Assembly (NCBI GenBank): GCA_051362555.1 | Contig: CM120643.1 | Location: forward strand, 26,726,848 to 26,790,847 | Direction of reading: 5' to 3' | From: Lingula anatina | Lineage: Eukaryota; Animalia; Brachiopoda | DNA length: 64,000 nt | In this document: piece after piece, positions 1 through 22,972 of the stretch | How positions within the stretch are numbered: position 1 is the first letter of the stretch | Layout of the letters: every line of letters starts with the position of its first letter | The notes under the pieces: model-generated | The model's input: the letters and a program-made list of their open reading frames with translations, nothing else | What the model was told of the DNA's origin: nothing | The model's database searches: none | Program-made: the position numbers and the translations under genes

Positions 1-1939
1 GTATAAACGCCGATATGTCTTTTTCCGTTTTTTTTTATTCGCCCAATACTAAGGGAGTAGTTTGCTATCCGTATTATCTATAATTTATCACATTATACTC
101 CATCGCGATATCATTTAGCTCACTTTTTTCATATCAGTTTATGGGACTACTGTAAAGCAGAATTAGGTAATTTCGTATAATAAAAAGGTACAGTTGCGTT
201 CAAGAGTAACCAGATGTGAGCAATGGCGGATCGGGGCGGGGGGTGGGGGGGGGGGGGGGTGGGGGCACTGGCCGAAACAAAACAAAACCAAATAATTGTC
301 TTTCCCTAGCTTGTGCTCTGAACATTACTCATAAAATTATACTGTTTTGTATATACCGTACGAAGCGATGTATTTTTTTATCCATGTGGACCCTCCCTCT
401 TAACAAAATGCTGGATAAGGCAACGATGAATTACATCTATTCTACACGATTTGTGCCCTCCTTTATAGCTTTAACTCCGTTTGGAACTTTTTGATATTTC
501 AATTCCTACAGATTTTGTTGTTCAGTAGTAAAATATGAGGTGCAAATACTTTGGTGGATCCATAAAAGAGACGTGAGGCAAGGTTTGGGGGGGGAGGGGG
601 GCGGGAGCCTGTTTTTCAGATAAGTGCACTAAAAGTTCATATGCCACCAAGTGCCGCTTGTTTTCCGTTATTCGTGCTTTGATACATTAAACTCTTTTCA
701 ACATGCGTAAATCTTTTTTTAAACACAGTGCATTTTGTATATTGATATATCGTTACCAGAAGATTATAGTATTTCCCAGGTATCTGAATAATTTATAGAT
801 TACTGTAATATTAGAAGAATACTATAGTATTTTTCACGTGGGAAGCAGAATAACATATTCCTTCGACACAAAAGCCCGGAAATTAAAGACCTAGATTGCT
901 GTATTTCTAATTATATCAACTTTCACATGAATTTTTTGACATGAATAATGCTGAATGAAGCAATCCCAATCAATACGGTACAAAGCATTGTACGTAGCCT
1001 ACATTCAGACTCTTCTGTGTGAAGCCGTCTGGTGCGACCTGAATAAACAGATTGATATTTGTTCTCGTGCATCTAGATATAAATGAACTTAAGTGTTATC
1101 TCTCTGCCGTGGGGTCCTTGCCCGAAGACCTTGCCCCTAAAGATGAAGATACCTTTGTGAATTAGTCTCAAATATGCCTCGATTTGCTGGGATCCGTACT
1201 AATACCGACACGCCAGTGGTCGTGCTAAAAATAGAACAAGATTAAATATAGTTCAACAAGGGTTGTGTAGCGAGCAGTCGTAAGTTACACTTAACACACA
1301 TCTGACTCATAAAAATTTATTGCAACGCTGGTCCTAAACAAATGGACGTTATCAGGCACACGGAGAGAGGCTCAGACTATTTTTCGGTGTGTGACGATTG
1401 TGTTAGACTTGCGAGCAGAGAGGAACATACCGGTCGTGAGAGGTAAACAATGGGATACTCTAAACACAGTGACGCCGTGTGACTGGTATTTTATGGGCTA
1501 ATATAAACTAGGTCAAGCTGAAAACACCTTGGAGTGAGATGTGATGCCGTTGTCATATAAGGGCGTTTGCGAGCAACGTGAATCTGTATCTGCACCCTGA
1601 AATTTGCAGGCAGGGCGTGGAACACGAAGTACGACTGCCAGTATAACAAGTACAACTCCGACAAGCTGAGGTGACATTGGTTTTCACTACACGGGTGTGT
1701 GTGCGTGCAAGCAAAATAGGTTCAAATTAACAGCGTCATACGTCTTGCGCTTTGACATTAGACACGGCTACATAGCATACATGTAATTATCAGCATATTA
1801 TAGAAGGCGCCAGTGTTTTAGAGGCACTGTGGACCTACATGTACTTCAGTGAATACCCGGTAGATGTAGGCCTACACACTGCTTATTACAGCAAGATAGA
1901 GACAGCTGTGGGAGGTTTACGTGTAGAAAACTGAAAAAA

Positions 1940-3037
1940 ATGACAGGCGACGACGACGCACCACTGACAGCGAGCAATGGGGGCAACTTCGCCCCGTCCC
2001 TCACACTGTGGTACAAAGATTCCGGAGTCAAGGGGGACATACTTGTACATGAGGTGATGGTTCCCAAAACAGGCCTCGCTCGACATACATATTACTGCTG
2101 CCTCCAATGGAACGGGGGTGAGAGTGGGGGAGGGTACTGCGGTATACAGGACCACCCCATGGGCAGAAACTTCATCTTTTCCCTGTGGAATCCCAACTTC
2201 AACACAAGCCCTGAGGGGATCCGTGCCGTGTACCAAGACCCCGGCACGGAGGTGGTCCCGTTCGGCAACGAAGGCGCCGGGATGAAATCTTGGAATTTTA
2301 CCCTCCACTGGGACACAGACACGTGGTACACACTAGTCACGCGCAGATGGGACAGCGGGCCCCACACCCGGTTTGGTTTTTGGGTTTGTGACCAGTCAAA
2401 GAGACGCTGGACGCACATAGTGACCATGGAGTTTCCCTTGGCCGGTGTTCACTTTAACCCGGGGACGGCGTGTTTCTTAGAAGACTGGGCGGGCAGCGGT
2501 CAGAACTCACGTCACGTGTATTTTAGACGCGGCTACAAGCGCGATCCGTCCGGCACGTGGCACGCGCTGAAGAACGCCAGTTTCAGACTGAACCAGGAGG
2601 AACGCTGCAAGCACTTCCAGAACGCTTACGATGCCGGGTTCGCGTGCAATTCCAAGCGCCACAATCAGTTCGATCACTATTACTTAGCAAGCGGCGGTTG
2701 TACGTCGCCGTCGCAGTCACTAAAACCTTCAGCCGAATTTGTGCCTACCGTTTCCGCCGCTTGCACGTCCCCGCGCGGCGAGCTCGCTTTTCAAATTACG
2801 TCAGTAAGCCCCCACGGCGTTGAATGGATGCTGGAAGCCGACAGCACACCACAGTTCAAATACACGCTGGAAGTCGACGGGAAATTCCTCGCGTCCGACG
2901 TGGATTCCGAACGGCGAAATGTGTTCTTTGACATTCCACACTCAAAGGTTATAACGTTGGTGGTAGAAGACATCTTCGGGAGCGTCGGCAAGCAGACAAT
3001 GCGAACTCTTTACGATGAGAATAAATCTCATCACTGA
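1940..3037 (+). CDS. Intronless DUF3472-family protein (365 aa), bacterial-like, with a C-terminal beta-rich/Ig-like segment
   Basis: Uninterrupted ORF with A-rich start context (aaaaaaATG). Motifs APSLTLWY, TYYCCLQWN..GGYCGIQDHP..RNFIFSLW, FGNEGAGMKSW, WYTLVTRRW and FLEDWAG resemble my recollection of bacterial DUF3472 proteins. AATAAA signals near 3020 and 3458-3470. Family call is from memory, not a search. Confidence 0.8.
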   Translation: MTGDDDAPLTASNGGNFAPSLTLWYKDSGVKGDILVHEVMVPKTGLARHTYYCCLQWNGGESGGGYCGIQDHPMGRNFIFSLWNPNFNTSPEGIRAVYQDPGTEVVPFGNEGAGMKSWNFTLHWDTDTWYTLVTRRWDSGPHTRFGFWVCDQSKRRWTHIVTMEFPLAGVHFNPGTACFLEDWAGSGQNSRHVYFRRGYKRDPSGTWHALKNASFRLNQEERCKHFQNAYDAGFACNSKRHNQFDHYYLASGGCTSPSQSLKPSAEFVPTVSAACTSPRGELAFQITSVSPHGVEWMLEADSTPQFKYTLEVDGKFLASDVDSERRNVFFDIPHSKVITLVVEDIFGSVGKQTMRTLYDENKSHH

Positions 3038-4654
3038 ACATTATTTCAATCATATTTTTGGTCATTTACATAAAAAAAATCGCACCCATGTAAACATACC
3101 AGTTAGTTCTACTGAGATTAGCCAATTAAGCTTTTGATGATTTTTCATGTAGACTTATCCCCACGTCACGTTTTTTAATTTCAAAGCGGTTGCTCTATTG
3201 CACAAGTTAGTAAGCGTTATTGAGTTTTCTTTAGAAATTTATCATATTGAAATTGAGACTTGATCATTTTGACGCGCATATCAAGATAATTATTTACAGT
3301 GCAATGTAAACTATTTAAAGTGGTGTGACTGCGAACTGTGAATATTAACTGTGCAGGGTGCTCGACTGTTTATTTTTCTATACTATCATTCTTCTATGCA
3401 CCAGTATTGATGCCATGTATGAGATTAACATAAAGTATTTCTTTGTCGCAGAAAAATAATAAATGAATAAAATGTATATTATATGAAAATGAATAAATTG
3501 ATACCGTATATTTTTTCAGTTAAAAAGTTGTCTCGAGAAACATCAGGCTCGATTGTTATCAATAATATCAACATGATCAACAATTTTATTTATTCAACCG
3601 AATAAAAACTATGCGTTATTTTCATAACTAGTAACAATTGCAAATGTTTATGTATGGCTTTTATTTACATTTGTACGCGTTTTATATTTGCAGGGATTAC
3701 AAAAGCAAGAATGATAGTCAAAAATGTTTTTTATTATTTGTCAAAAGCCAGGTTATGGCACTTAGTATGGTGTGAAAGTTACTATTTCTGTCTCTCGTTT
3801 ATACGTATGAGCAATAGGCAATACAGCTGTACGTCAAATGTGTCGCAAAATGAAGTTTTAAACGTTTAAAACGACTGGGCACAATGTACGTACACACCTT
3901 TCTTGGTAGACTTTGAGACTTGTTATCTCCGTTATCTGATGTTAATACAATGACGGTTATAATACAATGGTCGCCGTTGACCTTATTTTTATGAACAACT
4001 AGTAAATGAGATCTCGATAATACGATAACACCGTTTTGCTTGGTATTATTCATCAAGCTGTTTTAATCTTAATGATTTGCAACCCTTTATGCGTATGTTA
4101 TCAAATTATCTCCAGCGTTCTCTTTATCAGGTACATGTACGAGGCGTGGCACAGCTAACATGCAGTGCCACTATCAAAAATGGTACCAACAGATAAAAAA
4201 AAAACTTCTCAAAATTTCCAGTACGTATTTTGTCTGCACGGCAGTCTGTTTCGTTCTCTCTAGCGGGTGTGGAGCGATACACAGCATAATGCGAGCAGTA
4301 CCACTTTCAAAAATGGTCCCAGCAGATAAAAACTTCCCCAAAATTTCCAGAATGACGCCAACACTGGTAATCCAGTGGGATGTCTGAAATACTTTGGTAC
4401 ATGTTATCTCTGTTATAGCGTGGGCGCTAACGTACATGCAGTGTCTCTTTCGATAAAAGGTCCCAACAGATAAAAATGCCCTAATTTCTCCAATATTTCC
4501 AGTATTCTGTCTTCACGGTGGTCGGTGTATTCTTTGGTTTGTCAATTAACTTGCTATCCCGTTCTGATTGATCCGGATACAAAGAATCTTGTTCTGAGAT
4601 TTCAATTTTTAAAAATCCCCCATCTGTCACCTTTAAGTGTCACCTGTCAGGGTG

Positions 4655-14725
<10,071 letters not shown>

Positions 14726-17605
14726 GCCGATTCTTTTCAACGGCTCACCGTGTACCTTCTTACTAAGTCAACAGCATTCTAACAGTACTGTAAGAAACAG
14801 GTTGCCGGCTGCATCTTCATTTTTTCCTCCTTTTCAAAAAGAGCATTTGTCCAAGCTAGGCCCAATCAAATATAGTTCATGCGCAGATGGAACATAAGTT
14901 GAGAATTTATTAAGTGTAAGAAGCCCCGTTGGTATGGGAATGGAATTCTAAAGCTCAAATAAGTTTGGTTGAATGTATTTCTATGTTAATATCTGTACTC
15001 GTCCTATTCTTAAAAATCACACTGGGCCTACTTCACAAAGACCCCTTTTGAGAGACTCCTGTAAGACTACTGTAGCCTAAATATATTAAATATACATGTA
15101 ACCGTCGAAGTAGGCTACGGCAGAAAAAATCCTTTTCTAAATGAAAAATTTCGGCCACTGCTTGAAATGTTAGAAAGTATTTTAAAGTTGCAAAGGCATG
15201 GGAGCCGTTAGGCGGGGGAAGGCATAGGCCTACGGCCTAATTAACCCCCACCCCATTTGTTTCAAACAGGTCAGTCTTGGAGAAAGGGGCTCGGTGGCCT
15301 TGTTAACTGTGATTTTAAATACTAATAAAAGTGATTTTATAAATTTGGTTCTCTTATTATTTTACTATAGAGCAGGCAGTCGTTTCGGTTTAGCCACTGG
15401 TCTAAAGACCTTCGGTCGGTAGGCCCAACAATGAAAACCTTCACAGTCGACGAATTCTGTCGATTTTTTTTTACTTAACTACAATTCACTAGGAATCAAT
15501 CCTGTCAAATTGTGTATCTCCAGTTTATGAGATCGATCGAAAAATAATATGGCATACATGTAGTAGGGGCCTAAGTATATTGGCACGTCTGCAGATAAAA
15601 AGAATCCATTAAAAACGGGGCTTTCTGTTATTATCTAGTGTTTTTAAAGTGAAAGTTCCAGAGTACAGTCTGCATCTGACTCATCACTGTTTGAGGTCTG
15701 AATATAGTGTCGATGAAGCTAATTGATAAAATTATATAAAAATCACCTTAAAATTAATAGTGCCCTGGTTATAAAAAAATTTTTGGATTATTATTATTCT
15801 GTTGTGATATCATTTGGCGCATGAACTGACTAAATTCAGGGAGCTGAAAATTTTTAATCACTTTGTTACTCGAAATCCTGACCCCATGGAGAACGAATTT
15901 CGGCCCACTGTCACAAATGTATCACAGAAGAAAATGATGCAATATTTAAAGTTCATTAACATTGATGTATGAATGTGATTCTGGCAAAGTTTCAGCCTTG
16001 GAGTGGGGAAAAGCGGTTGAAATCACGGTGTGACAACGCCACACTCACCATAGCGCCAAGGCCAGGCTGATGTCCCCTATACCCTACCCTGAGTGTCAGA
16101 GCAACGTAAAAGCTAGCTTGCTAAATATACCTTGTAGTGGGGTCGCTTTTACTGGTATTGCTACTATGGGTTATATATGAAATCAAGATCGAGCTGGCAA
16201 TACCGGAATCTAGAACCTAGGGTACTATACCCGTATTAAGTCAATAAAATGCGTCAGCCCTTTAATGAATTTTGGCAGCTGTCCAATTTATACCTACGTT
16301 GGCAGGTTACGTATGTCTGAGGTAAGTGTCAAATTATCAACTTTTTCAAAAATAATTCAACTGCGTTGAAAGTAAAAAGATCGAAAATAGTTTTAGTATG
16401 TACTAGGTAACAATTTCTTTGCTATTTCTTAACAAAATTTATAATGTTGTTGAGGGTTTGGATGTGAAGTTTCGCTTGTTGTTCTTCCAAAAACATTTCT
16501 GCATTAGCGACAATCAATACACATAAACAGCTTGCACTGCTTCAGAAAGGGTACATTTTTATTTTGATAGAAGTATGCTCGTGAGACGAGCACAATCTAC
16601 ATATTTGCTCATATGTACAATATTTCATGCCATGCCATATGTTTATTACAATTACAATACACATGCGTTGTTGTTAGTCACAATGCTGTCTTCTATATTT
16701 ATTTATTAATTGCGAGACCCAGTCTTGTAAAGGTAGTAGAAAATTGAACAGGGGGCGCTTTAGTAATTTAGGTTCAAACAAAAGAAATTGCAGTTTTATA
16801 TTTTACGTGCTGTGAAATGCACTTTGTCATAATTTTATGTGAAAATATCCCGCAGAGAAATCTCAGAGTAACGATAGAGCCACTTCATTAAATGTTAATA
16901 GCTAGGTTTATTGGGATAATGCAAGAACATTTTGTCTTAATTAATTAGAATAATATTATCAATGCTTGAAGGAAATGTACGCAGGTGATCATTTAAATTT
17001 ATATGCAAGTGAGGCCGAGGTACCTTTGCTGAAGTAATATCCATAAGAATAGTTGGCTTCTGTCAGAGCCTCACATTTGGCTCCTGCCCAAGGTTCTTTA
17101 TGTCGAGTTGTATTTATATTTACTTTTTCTCCATTTATGTACTTTTCTCCTTATGATGTCTTAAATAGACTGCAGTTAAAGGTACTTCACCTAGCCCACC
17201 AGGTAAATATTTTTAGTGCGTATTATTCCTCTGAGTTTACAAAGGGTGTTTTTGCTGCTAGTGTTAATTTACCAAGTACACTGACAGCTTAAAAACTGTA
17301 GCGAAATTGAAAAATCACAAAATAAGTGCTCGGGATGTAAACAAACAGCGCATTAGTAAATAATTTACATCGCCTGGTTTATTTTTCTCCATCTTTTGTA
17401 ACTAACTGGCTATCTTTTCCACTCAAAGGAAGAAACATCATTGTTGTTAGCTAATTTAATCGGTGTGAACTTAACAAATGCCCCATAGACCAAATAAGAC
17501 AGCGAATAAGAGCTCAAAAACCAAATTAAACATTGAATCTTTGATGTTTTATTAAAAAAAAACGTTTTACTCAGAAATTTGTTCATATCCATTACACTGA
17601 AAATC

Positions 17606-17644
<39 letters not shown>

Positions 17645-17773
17645 TTTTTTACAGAAATCACATATACATTTTTTTGTTTATAATCTGTGAACAGTTTGTC
17701 AATTGCCCACTATTAGTCATAGGTTTTCCTGTCGTATCGTTTTGTTTTCCTTTAAGAGCACGCATTTGCAATC

Positions 17774-18288
17774 ATGGGTTGCGGTTCTAGTGTGGACACA
17801 CATTCATCTCCAAAAGATGCCACCTCGAATGATAGGCCAAAAACGCCACCAGCTGCAGTACAAGAAGAAAAGCTGTCAGTACAAGAAGTTAACGAAACAC
17901 CATCCCTTGTTAATATAAGACGTACGTGTGCATTATAGCAGGTCAACTTTTTATTAGGAAAATGTGTGTCTGAATTGTACCTCGATTTCTAATTTAACTG
18001 CACTTGCACGTCTTTCACACACACACACACACACACACGGGAAGGCTGTGTTCGCTCCTTAGCCTCCCTCCACCAGTCTTTCTCTTTCGCTCTCTCATAT
18101 CGAAGATATTTGGGTCTTAAGGATCAGGATGATGCTTGTGTATTCTTTTCACCCTCTCATTGGGTTATTTTACTTGATACAACCGACATGGATGTAGATT
18201 ATGTTATTTTGTTGGTGATGTTTATTTATTGTTTCTTTAAGCTGATCCCAATTTGCCGGAGACTAGGTCTATCCAGTCAATGGACTAG
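17774..18288 (+). CDS. MGC-family paralog A1: predicted N-myristoylated/palmitoylated 64-aa disordered microprotein
   Basis: Exon 17774-17921 MGCGSSVDTHSSPKDATSNDRPKTPPAAVQEEKLSVQEVNETPSLVNIR|gtacgt joins in phase 1 to exon 18242-18288 (PDPNLPETRSIQSMD*). Upstream non-coding exon donors at about 16321 and 17202 are shared with the paralogs. Confidence 0.6.
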
Positions 18289-19309
18289 AGACCAGAACAA
18301 GAGGTTGTGAAGAATCGGAAGAAAAGAGATCGTGCAAACTTGGCCACTGGGGATATCTTTGAGGACATGGGCGTGAACAGTGAAGATCATCATCATCATA
18401 GATAAAAAATACCCGAGGAGATCGACTGACCTTTTTACTAGCTGAAGTCAACACCACATACAGTTTTTACTTATTCAGAATAACAATGAAGTCGTAATTT
18501 TTTTTAATGGGAGGAAAGGAATTTGGGAGGGAATTTGAAATAACTGTAAAACCCAGGTCATGGGCTAGAATGAAAATTCTTTGTATATAATTTATATACG
18601 GATTCTACTGATTCTCCCTCTCAAATGCAATCAAAATGTTTTCAATGCTGTTCGAATACTAAAGGAAATTTTACAGTGCAACCATAGTGCAGTTACAATG
18701 TGCCCTATGAAAGTCCACTTCGAATGCCATTCTATATTTCTACGCTTGGAATTGCAAAGTCCTGAGCATAAGCACAGGAAATGGTTCAAATATTTGGAAT
18801 GCACTTAGAATTCTCTAAACGATCCAGGAGAACGCAAGGCGATTATTTAATAAAAACGGGAAGGGAGAATTATTATTATTATTTGTCATTTTAAGGTAAG
18901 ACGCTTTGCTCATATGGAAACGTGTTAATGGACTGTGATATTTTAATTCAAATTTATAAATGTTCTCCTTTTAATCTATTGCAATTACAACTGTTATTGT
19001 CACACGAAGAGTCATTCGCTTTTAGGACAGAGGACATTGCATGTACATGGAAACTGTCTAAATATGTATTTTAATAAAATATGATATTTGAATATGTAAT
19101 ATTCTCCAATGTACCGTGCTCCACAAGCATCTCGGTGTGATGTGCAATAGATGACAACATTTAAGGCCCCGGTTTCGCGAAAAGAAAAATTAAGTCAGGT
19201 TCTCTGGTTAAAAAGTTAATTACCAACGTTACATTATCAGTGTTACAGCACTCTCATGGAAATCCAAGTCGACTAAGCCCGGGAACTGCGTGCAAAATTT
19301 TTTGTTTAT

Positions 19310-21020
19310 TTTTCATTATCACACATGAGAATTTTCAACGTGTGGCTTTGAAGTCGCATGAGACCATAAAACCATGTGTCAGCTACATTTTCTGAACATA
19401 TCCACAGTGACAGTAACAGTGGTATAAAGTTTAGGTTTGTTAAACACTAGACCCGATTTTGTGCACTGCCATCTTTATTTTTCTACTTTATGTTTGTATA
19501 TTTAAAACACAGTTGCCTTGTTTTCTATTTGTTTCAGTTTTGGTCCGCAAACTAACTGAGCAGCTGATCAAATATGGCGTGACCCACTTGAAAGCGTGTC
19601 AATTAGTCCCCTACAGAGATCCCCTACGTAATCCTCTCCCCCTGCAAGGATGATGCGCTTGGGAGACGGGGAATCCATTAGGGGGTTATGCGGTGTGCTT
19701 TCAAGTGCGCGCAATATTTTATCCGCTGCTCATGCTGTTAGTCTTCGGATCAACTTGATTGTGAACAGAACCTTACATGCTATTAATTTAAAGACAAGAA
19801 GATTCGCTTTTAATTCAATTTTGTATCGGACTAGATTGCAGAAACCCCCGTGATCAGAAGGTACAGTATAGCCAGATTAAAGCTGATAGGGGAGTCCGGG
19901 GCTAGTTGGACCCCGGGGTAAGTCCCCCCCCCCATCAAGTCCTTTTAATAAAGTAACTTAAAGATGCTAAATCATTTCCTTTGGATTCACTGCCGACGCT
20001 TTCTTAGCACTATCGGATACGGTCACTATACAAAATGACGTGATCAATTCTTTTACCCCATAGTTACTTTTTCATAAACTGATGAGGGGCCAACTTACCC
20101 AGGGGTCCAACTAGCCCCGGTCTCCCCTAAGTTGGTTAACAGGCGACAAATACATCTGTAATGGATCCGTGGACGGAACTACACAGTATTTTTCTAAACA
20201 CGCGATGTTTTAAAGAAGAACAGCAGCTAAATTTCAAGGGTTTTTTGTAGGGGTGTGTGGAGGAGGGTGGGAATTATGTCAAAACCAGCAGACATAGAGC
20301 GTAAATACAACAGTCTTTCTGGGGTCATCTGTAAATTATTCCCATTTATCAAACACATACCCAATGCAATTTTCTATTTGAAAGAAGATAGGGGCGAAGA
20401 TCATAATTTTCTCAAAATAAGCGATGGTCTCACTCGTTTATCAGTTGATCAGTTTTGTCTGGCTTAAAGGCATTTTACAGACTGCGCAAGAGAGCTAGGT
20501 GCTAGACAAATGAGAACTTTGACCTAACAATACCCATAATTATCTCACTTTTGTTTCTTTAACAGGTGATGCACAGACTCCTATTAAGGAAACGAGCAAG
20601 AACAAATAAAATTGATTCGACGGCTGATTCGGGGATATCATGGATAGCATAAGCGTGAAGAGTTCAGCTTCTTTTCTTTTTTTCTTCTTCGCCGTCATCA
20701 TCATCATCATCATAAAATAGACAATCTTGGGATTTTGACTGACTCTGTTATTCTGTTCACAACAAACATCACTGGATAAGTGGATGCCCTGAGTGGACAT
20801 CTATAAGACAATATGGGACAGTACCTACATGCATTCTGCAGGATTGAAATAGATTTATTTCATAATTAATCCAAAGAGGAAAATAAAACAACATTTTTGC
20901 TTTGTTCCATGATCTAATAATTACAACAATTATTGAAAGTGGGACTAGATTAGCGTCAACCTTACCGAAAAGAGAATTGAAAAAAGTTACATGAGATTCA
21001 GTATGTGAATGGTACGGCGC
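19310..21020 (+). pseudogene. Deleted remnant (B1) of MGC-family paralog B2
   Basis: 19310-19540 matches 27490-27767, 20130-20455 matches 29374-29648, and 20455-21020 matches 30937-31480, including terminal exon cag|gtgatgcac..aagaacaaataa. The MGC exon and repeat exons are missing. Confidence 0.75.
19889..20127. mobile_element. MITE with TA target-site duplication (Tc1/mariner/pogo-type)
   Basis: ta|ggggagtccggggctagttggacccc..ggggtaagt ... acttacccc.ggggtccaactagccccggtctcccc|ta. Confidence 0.85.
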
Positions 21021-22765
21021 GAAGGTGTAAGATTAGTTGACACTTCTTGTGTCGTATGGTAGGGACTGTGAATATGTGTGTATATGTATATAAGTAGAAA
21101 GCAAATTGTATTATACTGTACATTGTTAAGTTTAATTTTTGAGTGTAATAATATATTATAATAATAAAAAAGATTAATATGGCCATGGCGGAAAACCAAT
21201 TGGTCATATGACACCCTTAGCAAAATGAAAAGTTTGCAGCAATATTTCCGCAACGAATTTGCAGGAGATTTACTTCTGCTAATTTTCATTCATATTGCAG
21301 CAAATTTGCTGCAAATTTGAAAGAAGGAATTGCAGTGAGAGGGATTTTATCCAGGGCATGAGCCAACCACCCCCAAATATGTAACAGAAGAAAGCTTGCA
21401 ATATTCTAAGTTCATTAACTCTGATGCATGAATATGATGCTGACATCAAACATTGTCAAAGCCTCACCCTAAGAGTGAAAAAAAAAAAAAAAAAAAACGT
21501 ACGCCAAGGGGCCGCAGTCCCGGTACGTTTGACACCTTCGTCTAAGACCTGGCAGATTACGTATGTCTTAGGTAAGTGTAAATTTATCAACTTTCTCTGA
21601 AAAAGTTCAATTGCATTGAAAGTAAAAAGATACTAAATAGCTTTGATATGCACTTTGCAACAAATTCGTTGCTTTTTTTAACCATAAAAATAATAATGTT
21701 GAGAGCTTGACCGTGAAGTTTTATTCGCTGTTCCTTCGAAAATCATTTCAGCATTAGCGACGATCAATACGTAAACAACGCAGCTTGCATTGCATCAGAT
21801 AGGGGTGCAAATGTTTTTTTAAATAGAAGTACGCTCATGAAACGTACATTTAAGGCCAATACAGTCAACATTTTTGCTCATACTTTGCTCATACTCAATC
21901 TTTCATGCCAGAAGGACAATTTTTTGCAATTCACAGAAGTAAACATGCTCCATACTTACGTCAGTGACGTCATTGGTTGGTGTAAAGTTATAATACCACT
22001 TTCTATATTTATTAATTGATTGCGAGACCCAGTCTCGTAAAGGCAGTAGTAGAAATTGAACAGGTAGCGCTTTCGCAATTTAGGTTCAATAAAGCAATTG
22101 CAGTTACTGTAAATAACAGTTTTATGTACAGTATACTTTACGGTTGGAAAATGTCCCTGAATTAGATTTTAATGTCAAAGTGTCCTGCAAAAATACTTAT
22201 CTTTAAGAAATGATAAAGCCCCTTCATTAAATGTATAATTAATAGGAATTATGCAAAAAATAGGGCCTATTGAGCGCGTTGTCTTTATTGGTAAAACCAA
22301 TATCATCTGAGCTTGAAGAAAATCCATAGAGGTAATCATTTTAAGTTATATGCAAGTGAGTCTGAGGTATGGATGTCTGCGTTCAACAAGGTACCTTTGC
22401 TGAAGGAATGTCCAAAAAGAAAAAAGAAGGGTGGCTTCTGTCCAAGCCCCACAGTTGGCTTCGTTCCAAACTGTTTTCTTTGCATGGAGTTGAATTCATC
22501 TTTTGTTTCTCTCCAATACCTTATTGTGTATCAAATGGACTGCATTTAAAGATACTTTGCCTAGCTTAGGTAAATATTGTTGGCGCGTATTATTCTTGTA
22601 AGGTTTTTTTTAAAGGTGGCTTTGTTGACAGTATTAAGTTTATATTTATATAGGCAGCCTTAACGCTGCAGTGAAATTGATAAAGCACAAAGCACAAAGT
22701 TCGTATAGTGTAAACAAATAGCACAATTTCTTTTCTTTCAGTAGACACACACTGTAGGCCTACTC

Positions 22766-22972
22766 ATGGGTTGCTGTGCCAGAAAATATAAGAAAATATC
22801 TCCAAGACAGGATGACTCACCGCGCGGTAAGCCACCAGCGCAAGGTGAAAACAAATCACAACATAGCGTACAAGAAGTAAACGAAACACAAAACATTGTG
22901 AATACGGAAGGTACGTATACACTAGACAATTCTTTTGTTTTTGTTTGGAAATTATATCTCGGAACGCGCGCG

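Noticed and set aside
216-494. Short ORF-track entries over G-runs, microsatellites and introns, here and throughout the window
   Set aside because: Low complexity, often non-ATG starts, and no splice or homology support.
1846-2991. Overlapping and antisense ORFs around the DUF3472 gene
   Set aside because: Shadow ORFs expected in GC-rich coding DNA; no recognisable motifs.
1-4600. Bacterial contaminant segment
   Set aside because: The flanks are AT-rich non-coding DNA with eukaryote-like simple repeats and no gene-dense operon structure; read-level confirmation is still needed.
4130-4640. Transposon with three internal repeats of about 140 bp and a gtcacct|ttaa end next to the DHX35 stop
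   Set aside because: The repeats are visible but no matching opposite terminus was found, so no element is called.
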